DNA from: Cladosporium halotolerans
Lineage: Eukaryota
Assembly: GCF_011745625.1 (NCBI RefSeq)
Contig: NW_027191464.1
Coordinates: forward strand, 186,001-250,000
Direction: 5' to 3'
Length of the DNA: 64,000 nt
The notes under the pieces are model-generated. The model made no database searches. It was not told the DNA's origin and saw only the letters and a program-made list of their open reading frames with translations. Of this stretch, positions 1-11,041 are shown one piece after another (the first letter of the stretch is position 1; every line of letters starts with the position of its first letter). The position numbers and the translations under genes are program-made.

Positions 1-54
1 CATCATGCTGCTGTCGGCGTTACCATGGGAGCCCGGGGCCACGACGGAGGCCAT
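1..54 (-). CDS. Possible 5' end of a gene continuing off the left edge (MASVVAPGSHGNADSSMM...)
   Basis: ATG at 54 (minus) in good context GCGACCATGG, open to position 1, preceded by a pyrimidine-rich leader. Too short to identify. Confidence 0.3.
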   Translation of the reverse strand, partial: MASVVAPGSHGNADSSMM

Positions 55-1529
55 GGTCGCGGGTTCGCCTTACGGCATCTTCCAGCGCGTGTGTGTGGCG
101 AGGTGGGAGGGAGAGATGCACGGTCGAGACGAGAGGAGAATGGGAACAGGGTTAGGTTGTTAGAGTCAGTAGTAGTGAGTCGGGCCCAGCAGCGGCCCTC
201 CAAGACAAGCACAAGAAACCACGCGCCCCGTCACGTTCAGACTCTGGCCGGCGGAACGTTAAGCGCCTAAGGGTGACGAGCAGAGCGAGCAGAGAGGAAC
301 AACAGAGGGAGCTGCAGCAGCCGCACCGCGGTAGCCGGCCGACGACTCACGACCCATGCGCGCACGCAGCAGGCTGTCTTTCTGCCCCGGGTCAGGGCAG
401 CTGGGGGAGGTCGTGTGGAGCCGAAGCCGCCCCCGTGTGCGCAGGACCAGCCTACACACCCACACGGCGACTGGTTCATTTGGCTCGGCAGGCCTGGGTG
501 GGTTCAGTTCGAAGCGGGGAAATTGATGCAGGGCCCGTAGGTCATTTCGCGACCAAGTTGCTTGCCTGCCTGGCTGGCAGGCTCTATACCGCTGGGCCCT
601 CGCTCGCTCGCTTGACAGCCCTGCCTGCAGACGGGGACGCCCACCGCGCCCCCGATTATATTTTCCGCGCCCTGTTCCTGACCCGTTCGAGCGCGCAGGC
701 CGCACGCTCCGGCCAGACCATTCGCAGCGGCAGACGGCGAACGAGAGGGAGGGAGGCCAGCGTCTGCTGTGCAGTCCAGTGCTGGTAGCCGTTAGGGCTG
801 GCTCTCTTGGTCGGCGGGCTGCCCGCATTCAGGCCCAGCCGAGATGCGACTGCGCTCCACCGCCTGCTGGCACCGGACGCTTTCCGCAGCATCACCGGGG
901 CCGTGATTTGGCTCGAGCGGCGGCTCGGTGGCCGCTCTGCACGGCGGCGTGCAGGCCTGCGGGAGAGGAGCCTTTGTCGTTTGCGGCATGGCGTGGTGTG
1001 AGACGAGGCGGGGTGCGGACAAGCGAGGTGCGGGCTGGAGGAGGGAGGGAGGGCGCCGGGGCCCGTGCGGGTTGCTTGATCGATGGGGCCGGGGTAATGC
1101 TGGGCCGAGGGGAGAGCTCCTCGGGGAGGCGTAGATGACACTATCACTGTGTACTTCTTGGGCGCTGTGGCTGCTACTGATGTTTAGATGAAGTCAATCT
1201 GCGCGCCTGATGCTGGAGCCCCGTGTGGTCCCGTTGTTGTGCACTTTTCCGGGCGCAGTGGAAGGCAAGTGTCACGAGCGATAATAGGCAGAGTAAGAAT
1301 AGGAACGTCAGACGGTCCTTTGCATCTCTGCGTGCATCCCAGCGTGTAACCGAGATCTGTACCCTAAGTCCTAAGAATCGAGTTATGTACTGTACCCTAA
1401 ACTCCGCCCCAGCCGCCGCAGCACACCTGGGAAGGTCATATACCACGTCGAACGTGTCGAGCGCAACACGCGCCGGTTGACAGCTCGCAATGCAATCCAA
1501 TCCAATTCACGCTCCCGCCGCCTACCCAT

Positions 1530-3578
1530 TCAAGCGTACAGGCTCCTCCCCGACGCAAGACGGACGAAATCGAACGGGACGTTCTGCCCGACGAGCAGCC
1601 GCAGCGTCTCGACGGCCGTCCAGGCGTTGACGTCGGCGACGCCGTATGCCGCCCACCCGAACGACGCCGCCACGGCGATCGGGTCGCCCTTCTTCACGCC
1701 GCTGCTCAGGTCGACGAAGACCTTGCCCGGCCGCTGGTGCGGGCTAGTCCGCCGTGCACTCCTGCTACTGCTGTAGTGCTTCAGCAGCGGCGCGACGACG
1801 AAGCTCTTCTCCGCCGGCAGCGCGGAAATGATGACGAACGGCTCCTCGACGCGCTTCATGTCCTCGATGCCGCGGAAGTGGTGCACGTCTGCTGCGTAAT
1901 TGGACTTTGCCTTGAAGCCGATGGTGTAGATCGGACCGATGTTGAGGCTCTGCAGCGCGAAGATGGCGGCTGCTGCCTGCGACTCGGCGCTAGCCAAAAT
2001 CAGCGCCGGCCGCTCGGTGTACGCGGAGGGGATGTAGTCGGCGGTGAGTGTGGCACGGATACCCTTCCACGTTGCGTTGTCGCCCACAAGGGAGCCGCCA
2101 CCGGTGTTGGATTTCGAGCTCGCCACCACGGTGTCGATCTGGCCTATTGCGACGGCGGCATCAGAAAGCGATGGGATGTAGGAGGCCGTTGTAGCCGGCA
2201 GAGGTGGGTTGAGGAAAGCACCGCCAAAGTTCGCTTTCGACAGCATGGGCTCTATCGGACTGCGAGGCGCTTGCTCAACGCAAAGAAGCTGGTGGGGCAG
2301 GCTCAACTCGTTCAGGCATTTCTCGAAGAACATTGCCTGGCCGTCCGAGCGAACATTCCCGATGGCATAGATGTCCAAGCCAGGCATCTGACCCATCGAG
2401 TGCAGCATGGAGTTGATCTCGGCGGCACTCAACTGTCCTGGAGCCGCTATCATCGGAAGCAGTGGGTGTGTTATTGGTGTGAACACTTTGTTGAGCGTTC
2501 TTGAGAGTTGGCCCGTCGGGCCCATGTTAAGACCAGAGAAGAGGGGGTGAGTATATGTCGACTGTGTGATTGACCGGAAATATTCGAGTTCGTAGTTCTC
2601 CTCGTTGGACGTGATGAGTGCGATCATCTTGACCACATCACCGTAGACGGCACCCTCTTTGTAAAGTGCCTGCGCTTCGGGTGACGTCCACTTGAACTTC
2701 CCTGAGAAGTCATGAAACGCCGAGATGATCTTGCTGTTGCCCTTCTCTCGCGATAGCCTTTGACGAATCTCGTGGGGTAGCCAGAGCTCGACGTCGATGT
2801 ACTCGCAACCCCACTGTATCGCTTTGCGGAGATACCGATAGAAAAGCATGGGGTCGTCCATCGGGAACCGCCCGTTCTCATTCGTGCATCTTGTAGTGAA
2901 TATGATGGGCAGCTCCGTCCGCTGCCTCAACCACATGATCTGCTCCCCAACATACTTCAAGCCGGGGACGCCAGTTGCTGCGGCGTCGCTTGCTCCGTTT
3001 GCTTCCGGCTCTTTGAGCAAGTCCACACGGATCTCGACTGAGTCGGCACCGACCGACAGTATGTCGAGGTTTGGCAGTGCCGTGCGCACGTCTGGGAATG
3101 TTGTTGACAGAAGTGTCGTCCTCCTCTTCTTCTTGAGATCTTCGTGCGGCTTGATCTGACCAAGCACGAATCCCAAGAACCTTGCGAGGTCTCTCCGGAG
3201 AAATGGCTTCAGTGTGTAAAGGTATTCGTAGTCGCAAACCGAAGTCAAGTCCTCGTCTCTTAAGTCGCCAGTATCGAGACAGTGCGTCGTAAGGATCGTC
3301 CGTTGAATCTGCCGCAACGCTTCCGGCTCCGAGATCTTCTGGTTGCTGATTCCAACAACCACATCGACCTGCCGTCCTGCAATGTCGTCCGCTGCATCGA
3401 CCGCCACGTATGGCTGGCCGACCACATCCGCAACGATCTGAAGAATATCCTCCTGCCCCTCATCAAACAGAACCAGCAACCGCGGCGGCTCCGAGTGTAT
3501 GATCTCCTCGATCTTCATAACCCCATTGGACTTCGTCATGGCAGGCACAGGCTCACAAGCCTGCAGCACAGTCGCCAT
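1530..3578 (-). CDS. AROM C-terminal-like / quinate repressor (QutR, qa-1S)-like protein: degenerate shikimate kinase + type I dehydroquinase + degenerate shikimate dehydrogenase, 682 aa, intronless
   Basis: Type I DHQase motifs VEIRVDLL, PIIFTTR..ENGRF, YIDVEL, SAFHDF, DVVKMI, NMG..GQLSR, AAPGQLS; SDH-like AIGQIDTV and LVGDNATWKGI. Confidence 0.85.
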   Translation of the reverse strand: MATVLQACEPVPAMTKSNGVMKIEEIIHSEPPRLLVLFDEGQEDILQIVADVVGQPYVAVDAADDIAGRQVDVVVGISNQKISEPEALRQIQRTILTTHCLDTGDLRDEDLTSVCDYEYLYTLKPFLRRDLARFLGFVLGQIKPHEDLKKKRRTTLLSTTFPDVRTALPNLDILSVGADSVEIRVDLLKEPEANGASDAAATGVPGLKYVGEQIMWLRQRTELPIIFTTRCTNENGRFPMDDPMLFYRYLRKAIQWGCEYIDVELWLPHEIRQRLSREKGNSKIISAFHDFSGKFKWTSPEAQALYKEGAVYGDVVKMIALITSNEENYELEYFRSITQSTYTHPLFSGLNMGPTGQLSRTLNKVFTPITHPLLPMIAAPGQLSAAEINSMLHSMGQMPGLDIYAIGNVRSDGQAMFFEKCLNELSLPHQLLCVEQAPRSPIEPMLSKANFGGAFLNPPLPATTASYIPSLSDAAVAIGQIDTVVASSKSNTGGGSLVGDNATWKGIRATLTADYIPSAYTERPALILASAESQAAAAIFALQSLNIGPIYTIGFKAKSNYAADVHHFRGIEDMKRVEEPFVIISALPAEKSFVVAPLLKHYSSSRSARRTSPHQRPGKVFVDLSSGVKKGDPIAVAASFGWAAYGVADVNAWTAVETLRLLVGQNVPFDFVRLASGRSLYA

Positions 3579-5467
3579 AAGTCTCTCCTTCCTCTCGCCG
3601 CTGCAAGATCAACCGAATCCCCTCTTCGACTGAACGCAGCCTGTTCCAAAGTGATCACCGAATCGAGATGTCGTGCGCGCCGTGGCCTCGCTGGGTACGG
3701 TACGAAGGACGAACGTGCTGCGCCGCGGACTCCCACCTGCTCATGGCGAGGCCAAAGGGGAACAGACCAAGCCTCGCAACGAAGAGCCTCTCCTCCCCTC
3801 GTCCTTGGCCAGCCTCACTCTCGCGCGCGCGAAGGGCCTGCAGGAACGGCGCCTAGTCCGGAGAGAGAGAAGAGTCGCCTCGCCTCCAGGAGCATTCGCT
3901 TGCCGCTGGTGGACGGACGGGAGATCAATCGAGGATGGAGGGATCCAGGCGGCGGCGGCGGCGCACAAAGCCTCCGTGTGCGTGTGTGTATGCGGGTGAA
4001 GGTTACGGTAGCGTGAGGTGGTTCTGCCTGCGGCGGGCGGCGGGTTCTCAGTTCGCGGGACGGGTATATTCCTGCAATCCCGAGCAAGAGGCGCTTTAAC
4101 GTGGCATCGCGGTCGCCTGGGCGTGATCAGCCCGCGGTCGGCCTGGTGCCGGGCAATGGACGAGTCTGCGCGGTCGGCGACCCGCCAAGGGCAGATCGTG
4201 CGGCCATTCGGGCTAGGCTGGCGACGGAGGTGCGCACGATTTATCCGGCCAGCGACAGGCGTCTGGCGGCGACCTGCTGCGTGGTTGTTCCGCCAATCGC
4301 GTGGCGCTCCCCGCTTTCGCGGGGCGGGCGTGGAGGGCTGCAAATGCCGCCGAACGCTGCCGCATGGCTTCCATCGATCTTCCAGCCTTCTTGGGTGCTT
4401 CCAGAGCGTTGCTGGAGGGCTGTCCAGCTGACATGATCATATGGATAAATGTTGGGCTGTGCTATAATTCCCGTGTTCCTGGTATCGTCACTGTCGCATG
4501 TCATCGTGACTGAGGTTTCGTAGTAATGAAGGCGCATTGCAACATCACGTCCCGAGGTCACTTCATCGATAGTGAAACGCCGAAACCACGCGTGATCGCT
4601 TTTTAATGTTTCGTGTAACGTTATCGGCCTTCCAAGACGGAGAAATAGCTGCTGGATATCGTTTCGACATTACTTTCATGTCGCGATGCATCGATCATCA
4701 GCAACAACGCAGATGCACGTTTTGGACTGGCCCGAAGGCGCTTCATCAAGAGATAATAGGGTTAGGGTTGGGGTAATGTCACCCGGCAATTGACTCCATC
4801 CCCCAAATACCGAGAGCACCGAGCCACCCACCTCTCACCCGGAAGATTGTAGCTTCGGAAGACTACGACCCGTTCCGATATGGTCACGACTTGAGGCTCT
4901 TCAGACGTGAATCTGGGTTCAACTAGAAGAAAAGTGAGTGCGTTGAGAATCATTTCTATCGGGGGAATTGAGATGACTAGTGATATTCACTTCATGATAG
5001 AATCTCACAGACTTCAATCTTTCGGCCGAACGAAGGAGAGCCTCAGCCTCAAGCGTCGCTTCGCCAGGCCATTCATCAACCACGATCTCCTGGCACTTCC
5101 AACACTTGCCAATGGCTTCTACCCTCATAACCACATGCTCTCACTCAAGAGCCTCTATCTCAGATTTATCTCGCTTAGAAAAAGAAGTGGAACGCTGAGA
5201 GGTCGACAAGCGAATTTCGATATGAAGTAGGCACAATTGCACGCTGCTCGCCAATGAACGCGCAACGTGCTCTTCTTCCAAGAGCCTATCGCTCTAAGCG
5301 AGCTAGGAAAACACACCACTCGATACGGTATGCTTGATGTACGCTTGATGTAGGTGCATCCCGAAAAACATAAAAAAGCCCGGACAGCGTCCATTGGTGT
5401 CAATGGATTCGTTCTACATCGTCTCCGATCGACTGGACTTGTACTGTTACATCGGCCAATTGACATA

Positions 5468-6974
5468 ATGAAGACCGTCGCGGCTGCAACCATTGCGGCA
5501 TTCGCCATTTCGACAGAGGCACAGTTCGAGCCTCTTCACCACCTTGGTGGCAGCAGCCCCTGGTTCGAAGGACCCAATGTCTTCGGTATCTCGCCTGATG
5601 CGCCTGAAGGCTGCTCGGTAGATCAAGTGGCTTTCGCCTCCAGGCACGGATCCAGATACCCTGACACTGGAGCGTACAATGGCTGGGTCGCACTGAGCGA
5701 GAAGGTGACATCACAACCACAGCATTGAATCACAAGGAGCACAATACTGACCTCTCGCGCAGATCCACGCTCAGCCCTTCACCACCAACGCCTCCGAGCT
5801 GGCCTTCCTCCAAACATGGAAACCCGTCCTCACCAACCCCGCAGCCCAGATCGCCCAGATCTCCCTCGGCGGCTACAAAGAGCTCTACGACATGGGCGTC
5901 GACTACCGCTGGAAGTACCCCAGCCTGTACAGCGAAAACGAGCCCTTCGTCATGTGGGCCAACAAGTACCAAGAGTTCGGCCCTCGCGTCGTCGACTCCG
6001 GCCGCCTCTTCGCCCGCGGCTACCTGGGCCCCAACGCGACCTCCGTCGGCCAAGTCTACGTCGTCAACCAAACCGACCCGCGCTCCATCGCCAACTCCCT
6101 CGCGCCCTCCGACCTCTGCGCCAACTACGCCGACGACCCCGCCGGCAACACCACCACCTGGGCCTCCATCTACCTCCCGCCCATCGCCGCCCGCATCAAC
6201 TCCCTCCTCTCCGGCCTCAACTTCACCGAGTCCGACATCACCTCCTTCCCCTACCTCTGCGGCTTCGAGACGCAGATCACCGGCTCGCGCTCGCCCTGGT
6301 GCTCCGTCTGGACCGAGTCCGAAATCGCCCAGTACGAGTACGCGCAAGACCTGCGCTACTACTACGGCACGGGGCCCGGGACCTCGCTCGAAAGCAACCT
6401 CATGCTGCCCTTCCTGACCGCCATCCTGCAGCGCTTCGCCGACGGCCCGAACGCAACCTACGCGTCCGGCGGGCCGGACAACAACAGCAGCTTCACGCCC
6501 AACCCGCTGATCGCGACGTTCGCCAACGACGGGCAGATCAGCCAGCTCGCGGCCGCGACGGGCGTCTTCGACGGCCACCCGCGGCTGCCCATCACGCGCG
6601 TGCTGGCCAACCGCACCTACCGCGCCACCAACGTGAACCCCATGCGCGGGACCATCTCGTTCGAGCGCCTCACGTGCACCTCGAGCAGCCCCGGCGCGTA
6701 CTCCAACTCCAGCGCCGACGGCGAGGAGCAGCAGCAGCACGTGCGCGTCAAGTTCAACGACGCCGTCTACCCCGTGGCGGCGTGCCAGAGCGGGCCCGGG
6801 CGCAGCTGTCCGCTGGCGGAGTACAGGGCGCTGGTGGACGCGAAGAGCGCGGCGTTCGGGGACTGGCAGGAGAGGTGCGGGAACGAGGAGAGTGAGAGGG
6901 TGCCGGTGGAGGAGGCGCGGACGACGTTTTTGTGGGATTTGGGGTTGGGGTGGTTGAGGGCTGTTAGGCCTTAG
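5468..6974 (+). CDS. Secreted histidine acid phosphatase / 3-phytase-like; exons 5468-5704, 5763-6974
   Basis: Signal peptide MKTVAAATIAAFAISTEA, HLGGSSPWF, catalytic RHGSRYP, YLCGFE, YEYAQDLRYYYGTGPG, CQSGPGRSCPL; 58-nt GT..CTGAC..AG intron joins the frames. Confidence 0.92.
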
Positions 6975-9541
6975 GGGTGAGGGTTGATGATGAGGGTTGG
7001 GGTGGTTAGGGTTTCGAGATAGACTGGTGAGCTGGATGGATGGGGGGTGGTGTGGCAAATTGTTCTTGTGGATTGGGTGAGGTGACGCTATTTTGGGGTC
7101 GTTACGGATGGACGGGATGGACGAAACAGTGGTGCTGCTGTGGGCTGAAGGGTTAGCTGCTTCAGACGGGGGTTGTCGTTCTTCCGTCGACGTTCACGCC
7201 GCAGGCAAGGATGCCGCTGCTTGTACATATCCAATGCTCAGCCAGGACCGGGAGGCGACCGACAGATACTGTAGACAGACAGAACGATCGATCCGTTCGC
7301 ACCCATCGGCAATCTTTTCCATCTCGCATTCGATCTGCGATTCTCGCGCCCGAGGCTGTTTCATCAGTCGATGCGCGCGAGTGAGCACTGCTTTCCCCGC
7401 GCGTGTCTGTGATTATACAGTAGTCGTTGCCAACGACCGCAATGTAAACCAACCTATAGCAGCAGCAGCAGCCACCCGGCAACCAGTCTTCAACAGCTTC
7501 GACGGTTAGAGGCGCAACGACGTAAGTGGGCGTCTGCTGTTTATGACGCCGCGCGCAGGGCACCGTTGCGTGGCGTTCCACCCTGCTACTGGACGTGTGC
7601 TCACAGATGTCCAGGTGCTCGGGGCGGAGGGCAGCCACGCGGACGACAGGAATGCAGTGCAGGCTGGGTGCCGTTATCCGAAAGTCGACGATCGTCCTCA
7701 AAAGAAGCTCTCGCCGGAACGGCGGCCAATGCTACGCGTGCTCACTCCGACCGGAGAGCGGGGAGGGCCTGGACTTGCGCGCCTTGAAGGGTGTTTCGAT
7801 GTGTGTTCACAGAATATGGTGCGATGATGTCGTTCGACGAGACATGTGTGTGAGAGGGAAAGCCATGTGGAGAGGGCGCAGCGCGCTGAGGTGGTTGGAC
7901 TGTGAGATGCTGTCTGACGCGCGTGTCTTGCACGTGGAACGCAGGAGTGCCGAACGCGCCTTCCGACAACAAGGGAGGGAGCCTTGAAGGGAGGGGGGGA
8001 GGGAGAGCACCGACGACCGCCACCACCACAACCACAACCGCGCTGTTGCTGCTCTTCATGGCTTCTTCCTTCACTCTCCCCCAGTCCGTGCGGCTAGCAA
8101 TCTTCCTTCGCGGGCGGCTACGAGTTTACGACGATTAGCAGCAAATGCCGGGACATGAGGGCCAATTTCGCCGTTGCCATCGCCATTCGCCGCCGCCGGG
8201 CAACGCGGGCGGACGCTGGAGATTGGACGCAGAGGCAACGGTCGGTGCGCAGCAGCGGAGTGTGGGCGAAACGGCGGACAAGCCTCAATCTCACTTAATC
8301 GCTCGCCGCCCGCGGGCCATCGGCATCATCCTGCTCGCTCGACGACGAGGGGCGGCGCCCTGAAGACGCGCGCACTGGCCCGCCCACGCTGCCCACCCGC
8401 ACGAATCACGCGTTCGGGCGGAGGGCTCAGGCTGAGACGCTGGGCGGGCAGCCATCGTGGGTGGCGACACGAGAGATCGCGAGATGTGTCCGCTCAAAAC
8501 CTTCACTCGTTAGAAGCACGCCGGGCGCTTCGAGTGTCTCGCCACGGCGGCGAAGCCGGAGCGTCGTTCTCGCGAGCGTCGCACCGCAGCGCTCGCCCTT
8601 CCGAGCCCAGAGCGCAGCGGACCTCAGGCCTGCGCGGCGCTTGGCTGGGGTGCGAGAAGCGTGCTGAGTGTCTGCGCGGCAGGATTGGCTGCGGACAGGG
8701 CTGGGTTGATTAGGCGAGATTGACGAGCAAGCGCGCTGCACCAACGCAGTACAACACAATATAATATGAGGAGCGCGGCGCCAGGCGCGCTGGCCCCCCA
8801 GTCGAGGCCGGGGCCTGGCATGGGTGAGGCATGGATGAGGCCGTGACGCCGGCGGCTGATCAGGGCTCGCAGGGGATCTGGAGAGTAGGGTGAGAGCGTG
8901 AGGGCACGCAGCGGCGGAGAGTAGCAGCAACAAAGCTCGCCACGGCAACGCGGAGAGGTGCCTCTGCCGGCATCTGCTCGCCAAACCAATAATACCACCT
9001 GCTGCTGCGCCGGCGGCGATGGTGAAGCAGGCGGCAAACTCTCGCGCTCTCCAGGGCTGCTTTGGCTGCGGCTGCAGGTCTGTGTACCTGCGCCGGGCGC
9101 AACCTACTGCCCGCCATCCGGCGCGCGGGCACGAAAGGGGCAAGACTGAGGCAGGAACAGGCCAATCGTCACACGAACGCCGCGCTAGCCCCGGCTAGCA
9201 GGCGTGTCTCGCAAATTAGACTACCACCACCCGCCGATCCTCCTAAATTACGCCCCAGCGCGCGCATGGCCGTGCTGGCCTCTGCACGCCCGCGCCAGCA
9301 GGGGCGCCCGCCCCGTTGCATGCCCTTTTGTTCAGGCCATCCCCAGTCGCCGCTCCGTTTCGTCCTGCTTCACACAAGGCCTCCGTTTTCGCGACGAACA
9401 CTCTCGCTCCTTGCTGTCTCTTGCAGACTTGTCATTCTTTCCAACCCAGTCACTCTTTTCTGTGTGTTGTGCTCGTCGCGGTCTTTTGCCTTTCCCCCAA
9501 AACCACTCACATCCAACTTCTTCCGTTCCTGAACGATCAAA

Positions 9542-11041
9542 ATGCAGGTCATCAGCAAGATCGCCGCCGTCGCCGGCCTGGCCTCTGTCGCCATGGCTCG
9601 TTCCACCCCCCTCCAGCGCAGGCAGGACTCCTACGGCCCCCCGGCTGCCTACAACATGCCGCCCGCCTACGGCCAGCCTCACTCCGTCCCGCTCGGCACC
9701 GGTGTCAGCAGCGCCGTCCCGACCACCTCCTCCACCGCCGACAATGTCCAGCCGAGCAGCTCCGCCCCGGCCTACTCCGCGCCGCCCAGCTACGGCTCCG
9801 AGTCCAGCGTCGCCTCCGACGTCCAGTCCAGCTCGACCAGCCCCAGCTCCTCCGTCGTCGCCCCGCTCAGCACTGGCTACTCCGCCCCGGCCTACGAGGC
9901 TCCCTCCGGCTACGAGGCTCCGGCTTCCGTTCCCCTCAGCACTGGTGCCTCTTCCAGCTCTCTGGTTGACAACCTCTCCACCTCCAGCTCCGTGAACGTG
10001 CCGCTCTCCACCGGTGGCTACATGAAGCCTGCTGAGTACTCCAGCGCTCCTGCCTCGAGCGCCGCCACCTCCAACGCCTCGACTGCCGACGACGTCATGC
10101 CGACCAGCTCTGCCCCGGCCTACTCTGCTCCCGCGTACGAGGCCCCCAGCTCCAAGGACTCTTCCCTCCCGCCGTACCCCATGCCCAGCTCTCAGGCTGG
10201 TCCTGTTGGCCCGACTGGCACCGGCATGGTCCCCGCTGAGTCCTCGCCCGCCCCGACCGGCTCCGCCACCACCTACACCACCGACCAGACCCTCACCTAC
10301 ACTCTCGGCACTGGCTCTTCCACCACTGTCGTGACCACCACCATCCACTCCACCATCACCAAGTACATGACCGCCACTCTCACCGAGACCCGCAAGGCGA
10401 CCGCCACCGGTGGCTCTGGCTCTGGTTCTTCCGATGACAGCGACATCACCAAGACTCGCTCCACCACCTCCACCATCACCAACGTGATCACCGTCTACCC
10501 CGTCAAGTCTACTGGCGCCGCTGTCCCCAGCGGAACTGGCAGCCCCGCCTCTTCCGCCCCGGCTGCCTACGGCACTGGCATCAGCCCCGCTGACTACTCC
10601 AGCGGTGCTTCTGACGTCTGCGAGGCCAAGACTGTCACCGTCACTGCCACCGAGACTGAGACCGTGACCGCCACCCCGTCTGCCTCCAGCACCGGCAAGA
10701 ACGTTAAGCCCGTCGCCGAGTCCAACTCCGTCTACTACCCGACTGGCCCCTCCAGCCCCGTCGTCCACCTCCCCAGCGGCACTGGCTTCGTCACCAAGGC
10801 CAAGCCCACCGGCTACTCCAGCTCCAAGCCCGTGACTCCCCTCGGCACTGGTGCCCACAGCACCAAGAGCATCGCCATGAACACCGCTCCCATCTCCGAC
10901 AGCTACGCGATCCCCACCAGCTTCGAGTACGCCCCGGAGGCCAGCAGCGCCAGCAGCATGGCCGCCGCCGAGCAGTCGAGCGCTCCCGCCTACAGCGCTC
11001 CGGCCGCCTACGAGGCCCCCGCCGCGTACGGCCGCGCTTAA
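9542..11041 (+). CDS. Secreted Ser/Thr/Pro/Ala-rich repeat protein (cell wall / extracellular matrix), 499 aa, intronless
   Basis: Strong C-ending codon bias, signal peptide, dibasic LQRR site, repeated SAPAYSAPAYEAP and PL(S/G)TG motifs; no hydrophobic GPI tail. Confidence 0.88.
   Translation: MQVISKIAAVAGLASVAMARSTPLQRRQDSYGPPAAYNMPPAYGQPHSVPLGTGVSSAVPTTSSTADNVQPSSSAPAYSAPPSYGSESSVASDVQSSSTSPSSSVVAPLSTGYSAPAYEAPSGYEAPASVPLSTGASSSSLVDNLSTSSSVNVPLSTGGYMKPAEYSSAPASSAATSNASTADDVMPTSSAPAYSAPAYEAPSSKDSSLPPYPMPSSQAGPVGPTGTGMVPAESSPAPTGSATTYTTDQTLTYTLGTGSSTTVVTTTIHSTITKYMTATLTETRKATATGGSGSGSSDDSDITKTRSTTSTITNVITVYPVKSTGAAVPSGTGSPASSAPAAYGTGISPADYSSGASDVCEAKTVTVTATETETVTATPSASSTGKNVKPVAESNSVYYPTGPSSPVVHLPSGTGFVTKAKPTGYSSSKPVTPLGTGAHSTKSIAMNTAPISDSYAIPTSFEYAPEASSASSMAAAEQSSAPAYSAPAAYEAPAAYGRA

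Noticed and set aside
4233..4458. QutA/QA-1F-like half sites (TTTATCC, GGATAAATGTT) upstream of the AROM-like gene
   Set aside because: Only half of the 16-bp dyad GGRTAARYRYTTAYCC matches in each case; not distinguishable from chance.
4757..4769. Telomere-like TAGGGTTAGGGTT as interstitial telomere or telomerase template
   Set aside because: Only about two units with no supporting RNA structure; at most a Myb-type binding site in a divergent promoter.
5730..7058. 442-aa antisense ORF and alternative-frame ORFs over the phosphatase
   Set aside because: Shadow ORFs caused by extreme GC3; only the phosphatase frame has family motifs.
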